A stretch of DNA of 47,076 nucleotides, the filler included, from Catajapyx aquilonaris (lineage: Eukaryota): the NCBI GenBank assembly GCA_000934665.2. It is 2 parts of 2 records of this genome, joined end to end, with 100 filler letters (N's around TTAATTAATTAA, not from the genome) between each part and the next. Parts side by side here need not be neighbours in the genome. Positions count along the whole stretch, not along the records: positions 1 to 23,489 come from KZ539395.1; 1 more part is not named here. One strand, written 5' to 3'. Within the stretch, counting starts at the first letter, position 1. Every line of letters begins with the position of its first letter. Positions 11,192-23,589 of the stretch are shown here, piece after piece. Position numbers and translations under genes: made by a program. The notes below the pieces were generated by a model. It saw only the letters and a list, made by a program, of their open reading frames with translations. It made no database searches and was not told the origin of the DNA.

Positions 11192-11723
11192 CAGTGATGT
11201 ATTACCAAATAGGCCGAGTAGGCACGTGCCAGGACGGCAAATTTTAGGGGGCGGCAAAAGTCATGGAGGCGGAAAATTCTATTGAGGAGAAAATTTTGAC
11301 TCGTCCAAAAATATGTAATACATGGCGTCACCGTTCATGTGACGCCCCAAGATGAATCGCCCGATGCCCGAGATCAGTAAGGTCGAAAATCGCGTTCACC
11401 CTTCCCCCCTAGGACAGTGGGGAACTGTGCAGGATCTGCACGCGATTTTCGCCCTTACTGGTCTGGGCATCGGCCGATTCACCTTGGAGCGGCATAAAAG
11501 TGTAAACCCCAAGATGAAATTCACCGGATTTTACTAAGTACTAGTAGGAGTATCCATGACCAAAATTTCAAACTTTTTATAATAAAAATTTTCGAGATAT
11601 TTGGCCTTGAAATCCGCAAATTTCGGAATTTCCCCAATCTCGAACCTAAAAATCAGCCAGGAGGGGGGGGCAGGTAAGGCTATTCCTAGGGGCGTCAAAA
11701 ACCTACTAGTAAATACGTCACTG
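11192..11723. mobile_element. Non-autonomous hAT element with a nested hairpin (11340-11494)
   Basis: TIRs CAGTGATGTATT / AATACGTCACTG. 8-bp flanks CTCTTACT and CTCCTACT match at 7/8. Internal fold-back CCAAGATGAATCGCCCGATGCCC...GGGCATCGGCCGATTCACCTTGG. Confidence 0.7.
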
Positions 11724-12129
11724 CTCCTACTGTGTCCTTACTGGCTGCAAATTTCCGCAGATTTTTTTCTGGTTTCAGTAGGAAATAATCAGTTTTATTT
11801 GATATCTTTGTTTCATTCGTTTCTTAGAAGTAGCATCATATTCTCGTCTTCAAATAAGGGCTGAGGGTGTCAATTATGGTCCTTCAGACGCGGCGGCGTA
11901 TTGTTTCCAGTTGCCGCGAGTTGCTGTTTGATTTTTCCAAAGGAAGAGAAAAAAAACACGGGCTTTATTTTTCCCTGCTCCCTCAACCAACCACCATGAA
12001 CAAAATGTGACTCATATAATGAATGCATATATTTTAATTTAAAAAAAAAATCACATTATAATTCTTACATAATGGGTGTTAATTCACTACATCAGTAGCA
12101 TACAACTTCCGCAGTGTCACCCACAATGT

Positions 12130-12601
12130 CCTCGGTGTGTAAAAGACCGTTTTCATATTCATAGCCATTGTCGTATCATTGTTCTGAACTCACCCTGTGG
12201 TTTTTATTGCACACCTTCCTCTATGAAGTTTATAGCCATCCTGATTCTTTTTCCTCTAGCTTCCTGAGACCCAAGTGTATAGGAATTCCTGCGAACTTGT
12301 ATTCCTTCCAGAAATCCAACGCCACTGGCTTTATCGGCGACATTTTGGGAGAAGTTGGCTGGAGAAGATCTCTGACCGCAAAATCGAGAGTCAGCATGTG
12401 CAGTTCCGATTTGGGCGAATATGATGAACCCAGTGAGGGAGGGGAGAGTAATGATGGAAGTTGGCTTGACAGCAGCCAACGTGTGATCTTTTTGGCCACT
12501 GAATCCCATGTACTGTAGACCATGTCACAGCCGGGCGGGACATGTCAACTTTCATCTGATAGTAGCTGCTGGCTAGAAGCGGTTTTTAACTGGTGCTCCA
12601 T
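12130..12601 (-). pseudogene. Decayed IS630-Tc1-mariner transposase remnant
   Basis: Read across frameshifts and stops: LLSDES* (cf. FSDESRF, first DDE Asp), MVY (cf. MVW), PTSPKMSPI...DFW (cf. WPPxSPDLxPxD/E), and RIRMAINFI...EF...NG..HTE (cf. Tc1/mariner C-terminus). By-eye motif resemblance only. Confidence 0.4.
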
Positions 12602-13064
12602 TTTGTACAAGCGGATGGAACGACCACAAAAGCAAGGGGGGAGTCTTATTTTGGGACTTTTGTTGGAATGAATTTGCATGCATTGAAAATTATGTGCCGA
12701 AAATTAGTAAGCGTATAACTTGAAAGAGCCAATGGCTCTGAAGTACGAGGACCTGAACTGAATTACCCGAAGGCCTGGTTTAATCAGAAGTTAGTGATAT
12801 CCACCCACGGGTGGCTCTATTATAACTTACGTATACAGTTTTTGCCTCTCCTGAAAAGTTCCATTTTGTGACCAGAAACAAGTTAGGCCACGAGGGATTT
12901 TGCTGAGTTATTTGGTGTACCAAAGTCTCCTACATATTTACTGTAACTGTAACCCCAGGAGGAACGCTGCCAATCACAAATCCTATGATTAGGAAACCAA
13001 CAAGTTAAGGTCTATCGGTGAAGGGTATTCTTGCTAGAAAAGCCAACGTAATATTTATGCATCA

Positions 13065-13404
13065 GGGGAAGGTGTGGTGGCCGAGATGGTAACGTCTCGG
13101 CTTGTTGAGTGAAAGGTTCCAGATTCGATCCCCGCCTGGGAGTTCCCTTTCACCTGCGTCGTCGGGAGGGTCTCTGACATGCACCCTTGGAGGTGTCTGG
13201 TAACCTAACCTCCTGGGGAATTGCACATGGCCCAACCTTGAGACATTGCACTTGCACCCGTGACCCTTCCCCCCAAAAATCCATATCATTACCTACTGTC
13301 CTTGATTCCTTGCACCGGAGATTGAAGTTAAACAAATCAGAAAACTGATGGTGGTGTGCCACCCCCCAAAAAGGCCCATGGAGGCCTATCACGGGGTAAA
13401 AAAA
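13065..13404 (+). mobile_element. tRNA-derived SINE (degenerate)
   Basis: A box TGGCCGAGATGG (13078-13089), B-box-like AGATTCGATCC (13121-13131), A-rich end. 3' tail matches the SINE at 15187-15450. No clear TSD. Confidence 0.65.
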
Positions 13405-15186
13405 TTATATACCACATATTGTATGGCCATATTCCTATTAAGTTTACAATGCATAATTAGATAATTTTTCTTAATTTACGTTGATACAACCGGGCCTAAA
13501 TTTGTGTCTGGAAAATATAGCTACGTACAATTCTCACGACATGTTATGCTTTATCAGCTTATACTGTGATTACGCATATGAAGTCCCTGAACCTTGATCT
13601 GCCGTCTCATTTTGCGTCTGGAAATGACGCAGTTATGGCGATGACTAACGCTGAACTGGCATTAATGCACGTATCACCGGAAGCGGCTGGGACTTTCTAT
13701 AAAACTGGACTCAAATGACATTGCTATTGCCTTCATTCTTGACTTGGCCAGAAATCATGCTACTTGTCGACTATTTGTAACTTTATACAGCATTACATGC
13801 CTAAAACTTGTGTTCCGAGTAGGACATTGTTAAAAGCTTGCTGGACAGCTCGAAATAATTATGTTTCACTTGCAATTTGATTTTTTTTTCGCAGTCTGTC
13901 AATGAAACTCATTTACCTAACGAGAAATCATAACAGATGAAGCCATAAAGCGGTTTAAACTTCCTCTTTAAACAGTAAAAGCTGTAAGCGGCTAGTAATG
14001 TTTGTCCATATGTTCAAGCGAAATCGTGTTGACGAATGGATGATAGACGACATCGGTATTCAACTGCCAGAAAAAATCCCATCCCATTTGTCACAGAAAG
14101 ATAAACATAAACCAGTCGCATTTTGTACAGCTCTAGTAAACTGCGAGTCCATTCTGTCTCATATAATCATTTCCTATATGAAAAGTAAAATAATGAAGAG
14201 GAGAAAAATGGAAGCATTGCCGCAGCGACCCCTCATTAATCAAGCTTGCCTTAGCTCTGGGGGTCCCTATGGTGGAAAAAGGAAAGGGTGGTGTGGGTGG
14301 CAAATAACACGATTGGTCCTGAGATTTGGCCAGGCAACTTGCCTTTATATTTTTGGGCACGGGCCAGAAGTCATAATTCATGGCGACGCCGTTAAAGCTA
14401 TGTCATCTTCCGCTCTGAAGCCATAATTTGTATCTTGTGACAAGTGTAGCTCAACAAATTGAATCACATAGCCTTTTGTAGGAACGTCGAATGTAGCGAA
14501 ATATCAGGAGGAAAAGTCGAATAAAAAAAGAGTTCGGGGAGGGGTGGGGGAGAAGACAAAAGAAAGCATTTCGGTTTGCTTTCAAAGGAAAAATTCTCCT
14601 GGAAGTATGGCTTACATTCCAAGATATTGTTCAGGGGTTTCATTCTGTATGCAAGCCTGCGTCGCATCAAGGGAAAGAGTTCAGAAGGAGATCAGATCCA
14701 AAAATATCAAGTGAATATAGGATCAAGGTGTGGACAAACCATGGTGTGGACATACCAAGCGCCATCTAGAAACGCACCCACTGCCATCTAACGGTGGACT
14801 GTACTGAGCTCTGTATAGGCCTACTGTATAATATTAAGGTAGCCATTAATTGTGGCTATGAAACTGATGGGCAGCGTTTTCCTTCCAGTAAATCATGGAG
14901 TACCTCAGAAAGCGTTTTTCATTGTTGTTGCGGGCAACTCTCGTGAGCGAGCCGACTCACTTACTCAAAGGGTGAAATTATAATAAATCTGCATGTTAAC
15001 TGTAATATCCCAGGGCTACTCATTTCCATCGGACCTGGAGCGCTTCATTACCGACTGGTAAGCGTGAGAAGCGAATCACTTGCACAACTATTGCTTTTTC
15101 TCTCAATTATTCAGTCAAATTAACTCCCGAACCATTTTGTTCGATATTGTTTTATAAATGGAGGTTTTGCAGAATATTGCGATGTT

Positions 15187-15450
15187 TTTTTTAAATGGAT
15201 ACCCCGTGATATGCCTCCTTGGGCTTTTTAGGGGATCATCTTTTTAATTAACCGTCTTTAATCATTGCCTTTGCTGTGATGGATTTTGATAGTGGGAGGA
15301 AACGGGAGAACCCCGAGAAAACCCACGCGAACATGGAGAGAACCCATCGAAACTCTATCCACATAAGTGTCCTCTGTCCGATCCGGGGATCGAACTCGGG
15401 ACCTTAGAGGTGGACGGCTGCGGCGCTAACCACTCCGCCACCGTGTCGCC
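15187..15450 (-). mobile_element. tRNA-derived SINE with V-domain-like core (V-SINE type)
   Basis: Perfect 16-17-bp TSD CAGAATATTGCGATGTT (15170-15186, 15451-15467). A box TGGCGGAGTGG, B box GAGTTCGATCC, core GCGTGGGTTTTCTCGGGGTTCTCCCGTTTCCTCCCAC and a poly(A) end. Confidence 0.9.
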
Positions 15451-16511
15451 CAGAATATTGCGATGTTAACTAGAGGTAACAAGAAGATGGACAGATTTTA
15501 TACCACCAACATGTACAAGAGTAGGTTATATGTTATTTTGCACACAAAGCGGAGACACTTCTCGAATGTGTTGTGTCAAAAGACACTCCAAAACGTGTCA
15601 CTGTGGTAGAGTCGAAGATGACATATGTGTATGCCAAAGGGCACATAATTGTGATTTTCTGCGGAAGAATATAAATATGTACTATTCACTTTCATTGTCA
15701 TATTTTGGCTGATACATTTTACTGAGTGTGAGCTAGTTTGGACAAAAACGTACACATTTTGTAGCGTCCAAACTTTTTGAGTGTATAGCATAATGATAAT
15801 TGTGTTTTTTTGTCTCATTCTAGGTAAGTGTGTGCCTCTTCAGCGTGAAGTAGATGTCACATCAACTTGGTGAGATATGTTCATGGTTGTTTAAATATAA
15901 AATCGGGTTTAAAACTTGCATTTCAGCGAAAACATTCATAAGGTTCAAATTCTTTGTCTTTGCGCAATTGTCCCGTCCTTGTCGTTGTGTGGCCTGCACT
16001 GATTGGTAGCCACAATGACCCAGCGACAAACATCTCCTGAATACGCGGTAAAATAATACAATCGTAATACACTGTAGTCTGTACCCACTTACACAATGCA
16101 TGCAAATAATAATCTGTGTGCTATCCCTTAAAGTGACGCAGAGCCCTCTTTCTCCTTTAATGAAGCTCGTACCCATTGTCCAAAATAATTATCGCAAGAT
16201 TTAACAGACTGATAAAATTCCACAGCCGTATTTTTTTCCCCACTTAAGCATTAATCAGGCTCAATCGCACTTGATCATCATCGATACAGATACGAACCGA
16301 GCACCATCATTCATTTAGTGAACAAAATAATTTCGGGCACGCTGCCAGCAGATAGCGTAGCATTGAAGTTGACCCGAAAGCTTAATACCGTGTGAATGTA
16401 GACATCCCCCCATTTTCCTCCCTCGGAAAGGTCTCTAGATAAGCAACAGTATATAATTTTTGTTGCAATAAAACGGCTTTATGAAGGCTACTAGCCCCCC
16501 CCCCCCCCAAA

Positions 16512-16604
16512 NNNNNNNNNNNNNNNNNNNNNNNNNNNNNNNNNNNNNNNNNNNNNNNNNNNNNNNNNNNNNNNNNNNNNNNNNNNNNNNNNNNNNNNNN
16601 NNNN
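16512..16604. other. Assembly gap
   Basis: N run flanked by poly-C tracts. Confidence 0.98.
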
Positions 16605-17523
16605 CCCCCCCCCCCCCCCCGCCTCCAAAAAAAATCGGGTTGGAAAGCTAACCCAGCCAGTCGAAAAATGTGTTCTCTATATATCTTCATCCTGCGACAT
16701 AAGCCCGTTTCCAATATTTTTTGAGGCAATCCAATCACCGCCGATATTGGAAAGCAGTTTTAAATCGCCATCACTGAAAAGGAAACCTTGCAGGTTTTAG
16801 ACACCATCAGTTGCAGTGTTAAAAATCCGGCAAAAGTCTGCTCCCAGCAGTTTATCTCCCCTTCGGCCTTTTTGCTAATAGGTATACAGCACTATGGTTT
16901 TTTTCTTCGGGGAGGAAAAAAAATTACCTGCAAGTCCAACATTTTCTGCCGTTCTTGCCAGTAGTGTACAGTAAGGTCTCATTACAGGGGGTTGCCATTC
17001 GTCACTGCAACTATCTCATTTCTCTAGTGCTGCTGCTGGCTTCAATTCTCTCAGGGAGCATGAGGACCACACTTTTCTCCCCAGCTCTGAGATTGCTCTC
17101 TTTTAGATGGGAAAATGGGAAGGAGGTGGGGTGCAAAAATGAGGAGGGGGGGGGTAGGGGAAGAGGGGTGTTTAAAAAAAGAAGTTACATGCCCCACATA
17201 AAGCCTTAGTTTTATGGATTGCCTGGATATGGCATAGTTAAATCGTGAGTTACGAGGTGTGTTCGTAGAATTAAACCATATCTTTTATATGAAAGATGAA
17301 AACATTAGCATTTAATGGATTATCCTTGTTCACCAAAATGACTGTTTCAGGGGCTGCGTTATGTATTGTTCCCAGTTGACAGCTTTTGTCCACTTTTATG
17401 TGGGACACTAATCCACTCGTCGCCTGTTTAGAAACGCAGAAGAGCATAGCAGGTTCCAAAAAATCATGGAGAAAATATTAATTTGTGGAAATTGCCATTA
17501 ACGAACACTATGGAGACATAATA

Positions 17524-17794
17524 CAGGGTGTTTCAACTTTGCACGTAGCTGCTACTTTGTAAGCAGTGACTTGCAACCAGTGATTTGTCGGAGGAATGGG
17601 GAATGGGGGAAAAAGAGGGTCACACATCCCATGGCATGTGTGACCCTCAATTTTCAGCGGGCAGCACTATGCCACTTCAACCTACGATTCGCAAGGAATA
17701 TTCCCCGTTCCTCCAAAAAAAATCACTGTTTACAAACTAGCAGCTACGTGCAATTTTCCGATAACTGTTCGGACAAAAAAGTTGAAACACCCTG
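17524..17794. mobile_element. Tc1/mariner-type MITE
   Basis: TA|CAGGGTGTTTCAACTTT...AAAGTTGAAACACCCTG|TA with extended inverted arms. Confidence 0.85.
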
Positions 17795-18948
17795 TATTTT
17801 AAAAAAAATGTACATTATGAAGTTAAAAAATGGTTGACAAACTGGCACATCACCAGCCATTAAATCCTTAGTTAACACTTAATAGTCGTACAGTATACGT
17901 GAACGAGACGAATTCGCAGGAGAGGATAATCGACGCGTGTACTGTAACTCCTTCGGCCACAATGTCACTTAGCTCTAAATCTCCCGACTCCTTTCAATTG
18001 AGTGGAGCAGGTTTTTCGCCAGCTTTCTCAATGTCGGCTGTCTGTCACTGCATCGCTGCCAAAGTGGTATCGATAGGCTGTCGAGGGCTCTCCACTGGAG
18101 AGAAGCTGATTTAACATTGAAGATACACGCCCGTCACAAACCCCGCTACTCCAACTTTAATAAATAATTGGCTCAGGTGAGGTGTGAGGGGAATCTGATA
18201 CAGAAGCAATTCATCCGATTTGACCATACCACTTATCATTGAAGACATGGCCCAAGAAGGTGGTATTGCACCAAACTCATATATTTTTGGCTGGCTCTTA
18301 CAGTTAGAATGATAACCTCCTGAGACCCGGAGTACAGTATACTGTACCAGGGGTCTCAGGAGGTTATAACATTTTAACGAGCGACGAATATATGCGATTG
18401 GGTTCCGAAACGGTATGTCGACCACACCCATCATATCACATGATCCACACCCAATTTCCTTGAATATAACCCAGAAGGAAGTCATAATTCTTCGGCTGAG
18501 TCACAACGGATACGGAAAGTAGTGTCCGATTTAATAGCGCTACTTGGGGCGACTTTAACGACGGGATCATACGACCTGAGCAGGAGTGAAGCATAGCCAC
18601 TTGGCATCCGGTTTCACAAACACCAGCTTGTGGCCTCGGAAGTGGCCTCGGCCGACCTCAAGTTCGACTCAATGGCGCACCACTGCTGGAGTTTTTGTGA
18701 CTAGCAAGCGGGAAGCTCTTGTCAAGTCTTATCTGGAGCTGGAGAGTCTACTGGGCCTCTTACAACAACAATTTTCATATAGGTTCACACGAGCGTCGTT
18801 GTCTGTCATTTAGATGAAGAAGTTGGCAGTTTGGCCAAGAGATGCCGGGATGCAGGTGTGGCTGGTGGCAGGTGTAGCGAGTGGCTGATCTGGTAGGAGG
18901 CTATCAGATTTGTAATAAGTTGTGGGACAGCCGGACACGAGGCTATTA

Positions 18949-19175
18949 CTGCCGTCAGATATGAGAAGACCGTAACTCAATGTCCACTTCCCCTTGCGGC
19001 GAGAAAAAAAACCAGTGGTACCAAAAGCACCCAACAGGTGGAGTTGGGGTGCCGTTCCTTTTTTCCCCCCTTTCCCCCAACGCCACCTCTTGGATGCTTT
19101 CGGTAACACTTGCTTTCTTTTCTCGCCGCAAGCGAAGTGGATAATGAGTTACGGTCCTCTCACATCTGACGGCAG
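18949..19175. mobile_element. Fold-back MITE with 4-bp TSD (Sola-like)
   Basis: ATTA|CTGCCGTCAGAT...ATCTGACGGCAG|ATTA, with arms of ~100 bp. Superfamily inferred from the 4-bp AT-rich TSD. Confidence 0.7.
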
Positions 19176-19405
19176 ATTAGTGGACCACGACTCTGGGTCA
19201 GGGTCAGGTCTTACAACCTGCGTTTACACTAGTCCCGGAGTATGTTTTAGCACCATCCTCGTGCACAAAAGTGGCAACCCAGCTTTATGCACCTCCCATA
19301 TGATGACATGCCCAGCTCATTTTCCCCATGAAATCACTGCGTATCTCAGCCCAAGGCAGCAATAGGTAGACTATGAAAGGTTAATGTGAGGTGCAATATG
19401 AACTA

Positions 19406-19620
19406 AGGTGAAGTGGGGTAAGTGCATACACGGGGTAAGTGCATAAACTGGCCGCCATATTGGAATGAAAATGGCTGACATGCTCACCTCTTGTGGGGAT
19501 GTTATGTGCAGCTACACAAAAGAGTGCCTGACGCGTTTTGGTGTCGTCAGCCATTTTCATTCCAATATGGCGGCCCCGTGTATGCACTTACCCCGTGTAT
19601 GCACTTACCCCACTTCACCT
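19406..19620. mobile_element. pogo-type (TA-TSD) MITE
   Basis: TA|AGGTGAAGTGGGGTAAGTGCATAC...GTATGCACTTACCCCACTTCACCT|TA with a duplicated GGGGTAAGTGCATA sub-repeat in each TIR. Confidence 0.85.
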
Positions 19621-21504
19621 TACTGAAAAGCGGTCTAGAAGTAATTGAATATTGCACTGTGCAGATAAGGGTCTCAGTACGCAGTTTATCCGCTTTAAAT
19701 GCCAGTTTCACAAGCCACGCCGGTTATAATTAATCGCGTTTTGGAGAGTTGTCCAGGCATGTATATTTTTTGCCTCTAAAAAGAGAGAACTCTCCTTGAT
19801 TTCCTTTTTACCCTTTGGCGTCCATTTGCATCCTTTTCCAAGCTGCACCTGATTACCTTAATGGCCCAGCTGCATTGATTGATGGCCATTACGCCGACGC
19901 TTTATCATCATTTCACTTGATCGAATTTGAATTGGGGGCGTTCCCATAGATCTCCAGAGGAGATAACGAGCCCCCTCTAGCTCTCTACCTTACCCCTTTT
20001 CCATCCCCCCCCCCCCTCAAAAATCTTCTTCGCAATAGAGAGACAGCCTGAATGCCCATAAGAACTATTCAAACGGAGATTGGAGCCAGAGTCCGATTCC
20101 AATAAGCGGATTATCTGGATTTGATAGCAAATTTCGACTCTTTATTGTCCAGTCTACTGTACTACATAAGTCCAATGACCTCTTGTAATTGAAATTTTGC
20201 TCCAGATGCTGTAAATTCTGGGGGGCGACATATTGAGGTAATAATTATGAGGTTCTTGGAACGCTGGGCAATAATATCGGTAGACTTAGCAAAGTTGGAC
20301 GCCCGAGGAGAGGCGGGATGGGGAGGGGGGGATGGGGAGGATTTGAAGAAGCTGGCTTGGAATTCAATAATATTTGCGGACCGGGGCTGGCGTGCTATGA
20401 TGATGATATGGCCGGCGGCAGAGGAGTGGCTTGGTGCGGTGGGGGTAAGGGGGTAAGGTGGAGGTAAATACCTCGGAGTAAGCATGCTCGGAATGTTAGC
20501 AAGGAAAAAGCTTTTCTTTCCCACACACACTATTTTCATTGAAACCATAGAGGGAGGGGAGGGGGGGGGCAACACTTCATTTTTGGCATTTACTTGGAAT
20601 TTCACTCAAATATATTGGGAGTGATATATTTCGACCCCGAATTTTTCTGACAGACTATCTGTTACACTTTCCAACCCCTATCCTTACTCGGAGACTGTAG
20701 GATGAGTAAAGTATCTCCTTTGGATTTCCAATACGCTAGATTTGATTTCCCAAGTGGGTGTGATGGCGTCGATTTGAGGAAAGAGTGTCAATTTTGACCC
20801 CCTTGGAACTGGTGAGAGAGGCAAGGCCTTACTGTAAGTGAACACCATCTTGTAAATGTCAACAGCCTGAGAAGAGTGAATAATTCGTGGCAGAGGATCA
20901 GATTTTTTTTAAAAAGATTTGGGTGCAGTTGCCATGAACCGTGTTGACCACTGCGGAGGAATATACTGCGCAGAAAGATAGGTTCTGTTTTATTTCGATT
21001 TGCAAGGCAAGCCGGGTAGCCCGCGGAAGTTTAGATGCGCACTAAAAATGTGATGAGTGGTGCGTGAGCGAGCAGAATAAATTCCACAAGCTCATGAATA
21101 GATAGCAGGAAGCAGAAGCAACAAAAAAAAATAAGGCAGAATTCGGGGGAAAAAAATATAAGAAAATAGCTGTGGAATCCGTACTGAAATAGGGTGTTGT
21201 AAACCTGACTGAGTGTCGCAGAATATGTCTGGCATTCATTCTAATGCTGGCTACAACGGCATACCGGAGGGACAATGGAAGATAAAAGTGTTTGGTAGAA
21301 GATGGCATGGAATTTAGTGGGCATGATGACGCATTTGAAACAATCAGCATAACTGCTAATGCGGAGAAGTATGTCGTAAACTCGGTATGTGATGTGTACG
21401 TGAAGGAATTTGTTGTTTACTAGGAAAGGGGTACTGATAACAATGGCTGTAAATGATGTAAAAAAAATTTAGGCTATTTTATTTTTCTCGACCTCATTTT
21501 GAAA

Positions 21505-21910
21505 CAGTGTTGGACATTAATCGCGACGTACTGCTAGCGACATTTTTCGATGTTGTAGACGTCCAAATCGAAGTGATAGCCATACACTCTAAGAAATGTC
21601 CGGGTTAAATATATATATCCCGGAAAAAAGATCACTTTTGTCATGGTTATTTAACCCGGACATTTCTTAGCGTGATACACTCTGTATCACTCTAAGAAAT
21701 GTCCGGGTTAAATAGAGGTCGAGACGTGCGAATCAGAAGAGGTAGGCCTTGGGTGACGTCACCAGCTGGGGGGCAATGGAGAAAAAGGCTTGTCCCCCAG
21801 ACGGTGACGTCACCCAAGGCCTACCATTTCTGATTCGCACGGCTCGCACTTCGATTTGCACGTCTGCCGCAATGTCGCTAGCAGTATGACGCGATTAATG
21901 TCCAACACTG
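21505..21910. mobile_element. Fold-back MITE carrying a nested CACT-type mini-element (21585-21674) and a partial copy
   Basis: Outer TIR CAGTGTTGGACATTAATCGCG / CGCGATTAATGTCCAACACTG. Inner element ATA|CACTCTAAGAAATGTCCGGGTTAAATA...TATTTAACCCGGACATTTCTTAGCGTG|ATA. Confidence 0.8.
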
Positions 21911-23489
21911 TACAAGTAGAAGCAAGAGCAACAATACGCCATTTCCCAATAGGTCACAATCGTAAAATATTTATATTTTTTTGATGAATAAGATGGCAAA
22001 ACTGTATCTTAATCAGAAACTGCGCCTAAAATTTTCATATGATTGGACCCAGCTTGCATTTTATGTTTCATCTTTGCAAATGGTATCACAGTGTGCCTCT
22101 TCATTTTTAATCAGAGTAGAATAGGGGGACCCCCCCTGGTAGAATCCAGCATGATTATAATTCGTGGCTGATGCCCATTTCTGTACAAATTCTTTGTTAT
22201 TTTATTGCCAACTCTTGCCCTGACCCATAAAAAAGGCATGTTTAGACCTGGATTTTCATTTTCGCGCCCTTGGGTCTTTGCATGTAACGTGAGAGCTGCA
22301 GTAGATCCGTTTTTTTTCTGTCGTGATGCAGATAGAAGATAACGGAAATTGCCCCCAAGAGGCAGCACTCAAAAGTGAATTGTGGAAGTCGCTCTGGCAA
22401 CTTGAAAGGAATAGTTTTTTTGCATGTTTTTCTCGAGTGTTTGTACTATTCCGAAGATTTTTTTTTATCCCAAGTCTTGGCCGCGATTGCAAAGATTCGT
22501 TGGTTTAGTTGGCAATAATAGCGGGTGGTAGACGCTCTGTTCTGAACATGGCGTCAGAGTGACGGCCATTGTTCCACCTACAGTTGGTCAGAGAGGGCAA
22601 GTGGTAATGGGGGTAGGGCCGACGAAACTCTTTGTTGTCACTTTACTTGACAACTTATTGTTGAAGACTTGCTCATCACGTGCAAAAAAAGCATCAAAAA
22701 ATAGCTAATGGGGATGTCACAAATTGTTTAGCTACCTTCGCATTATTCCCATGTGGACACTGGCAAATTCCTCATACCAATTTTGCAAACAATTATTAAA
22801 TACTGGTGTATTAGTATAGGCATCTCATTTACGGCTAAAATGGCAAATTCATCAGATATAGGCAGGATGGTGTTGACTCGAGCAAACAGCTCGTTCATGC
22901 ATAGCGTTACAGATTATTAAGTTATTATCATTTTGGGTCCGGTTTTTTGTGAAGCAGTCACCCTGAAGCAATTTTTGATTCGAGGTGCAAAAAAATGCTA
23001 CAAATATTTGTTTGAATGCAATCACTGCCAAATTCACGACCTGAAAGATCGCTCCATTTAACCTATTAACACACCTATTTTTTACCGTTCCTTTTATTAG
23101 TCTGATTATGTTTTGTGAATATATCCGTAACTAATATTATTATAATATGATTCTGTTGTAGTGAGGTACTGGTTATCCACGGTTTTAAAAATATTAAGAG
23201 CGCGCTCTAGGCTACGCTATCCATTGTTGCGGGGAGCCCGTCGCGGGCCAGCCCGTGAGTTTGACACTTCTTCCTCTCGCTGTCACGGCCGCAAATATGG
23301 AGGTATCGGCATGAAACTGGAGTATATGGACGCGAAAGAGTTGCACTTTGAGATGGTGCGCTTATTTTTCTCCTGGGGCGATATTTGCGGCCGCCGCGGC
23401 CAGGTACAGTTTTTTTATTTTGACCCGCAATTACTCCTTTCCATGTCGGTACCAGTGAGATTCGAGAGCGTCACGAGGTTTTTACGCCG

Positions 23490-23589
23490 NNNNNNNNNNN
23501 NNNNNNNNNNNNNNNNNNNNNNNNNNNNNNNNNTTAATTAATTAANNNNNNNNNNNNNNNNNNNNNNNNNNNNNNNNNNNNNNNNNNNN
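23490..23589. other. Artificial contig spacer (44 N + TTAATTAATTAA + 44 N)
   Basis: Exactly 100 bp and symmetric. The central 12-mer places stops in all six frames. Confidence 0.95.

Noticed and set aside
12230..12523. Host gene or hAT dimerisation domain (LDFWKEYK)
   Set aside because: The rest of the hAT motif is absent; scattered motifs fit a decayed Tc1/mariner transposase better.
15380..15450. tRNA gene
   Set aside because: The A/B boxes belong to a SINE head followed by a body, A-tail and TSD; I could not fold a complete cloverleaf.
20162..20605. 147-aa Pro-rich ORF
   Set aside because: Arises from G-rich low-complexity tracts, with no domain or convincing splice context.
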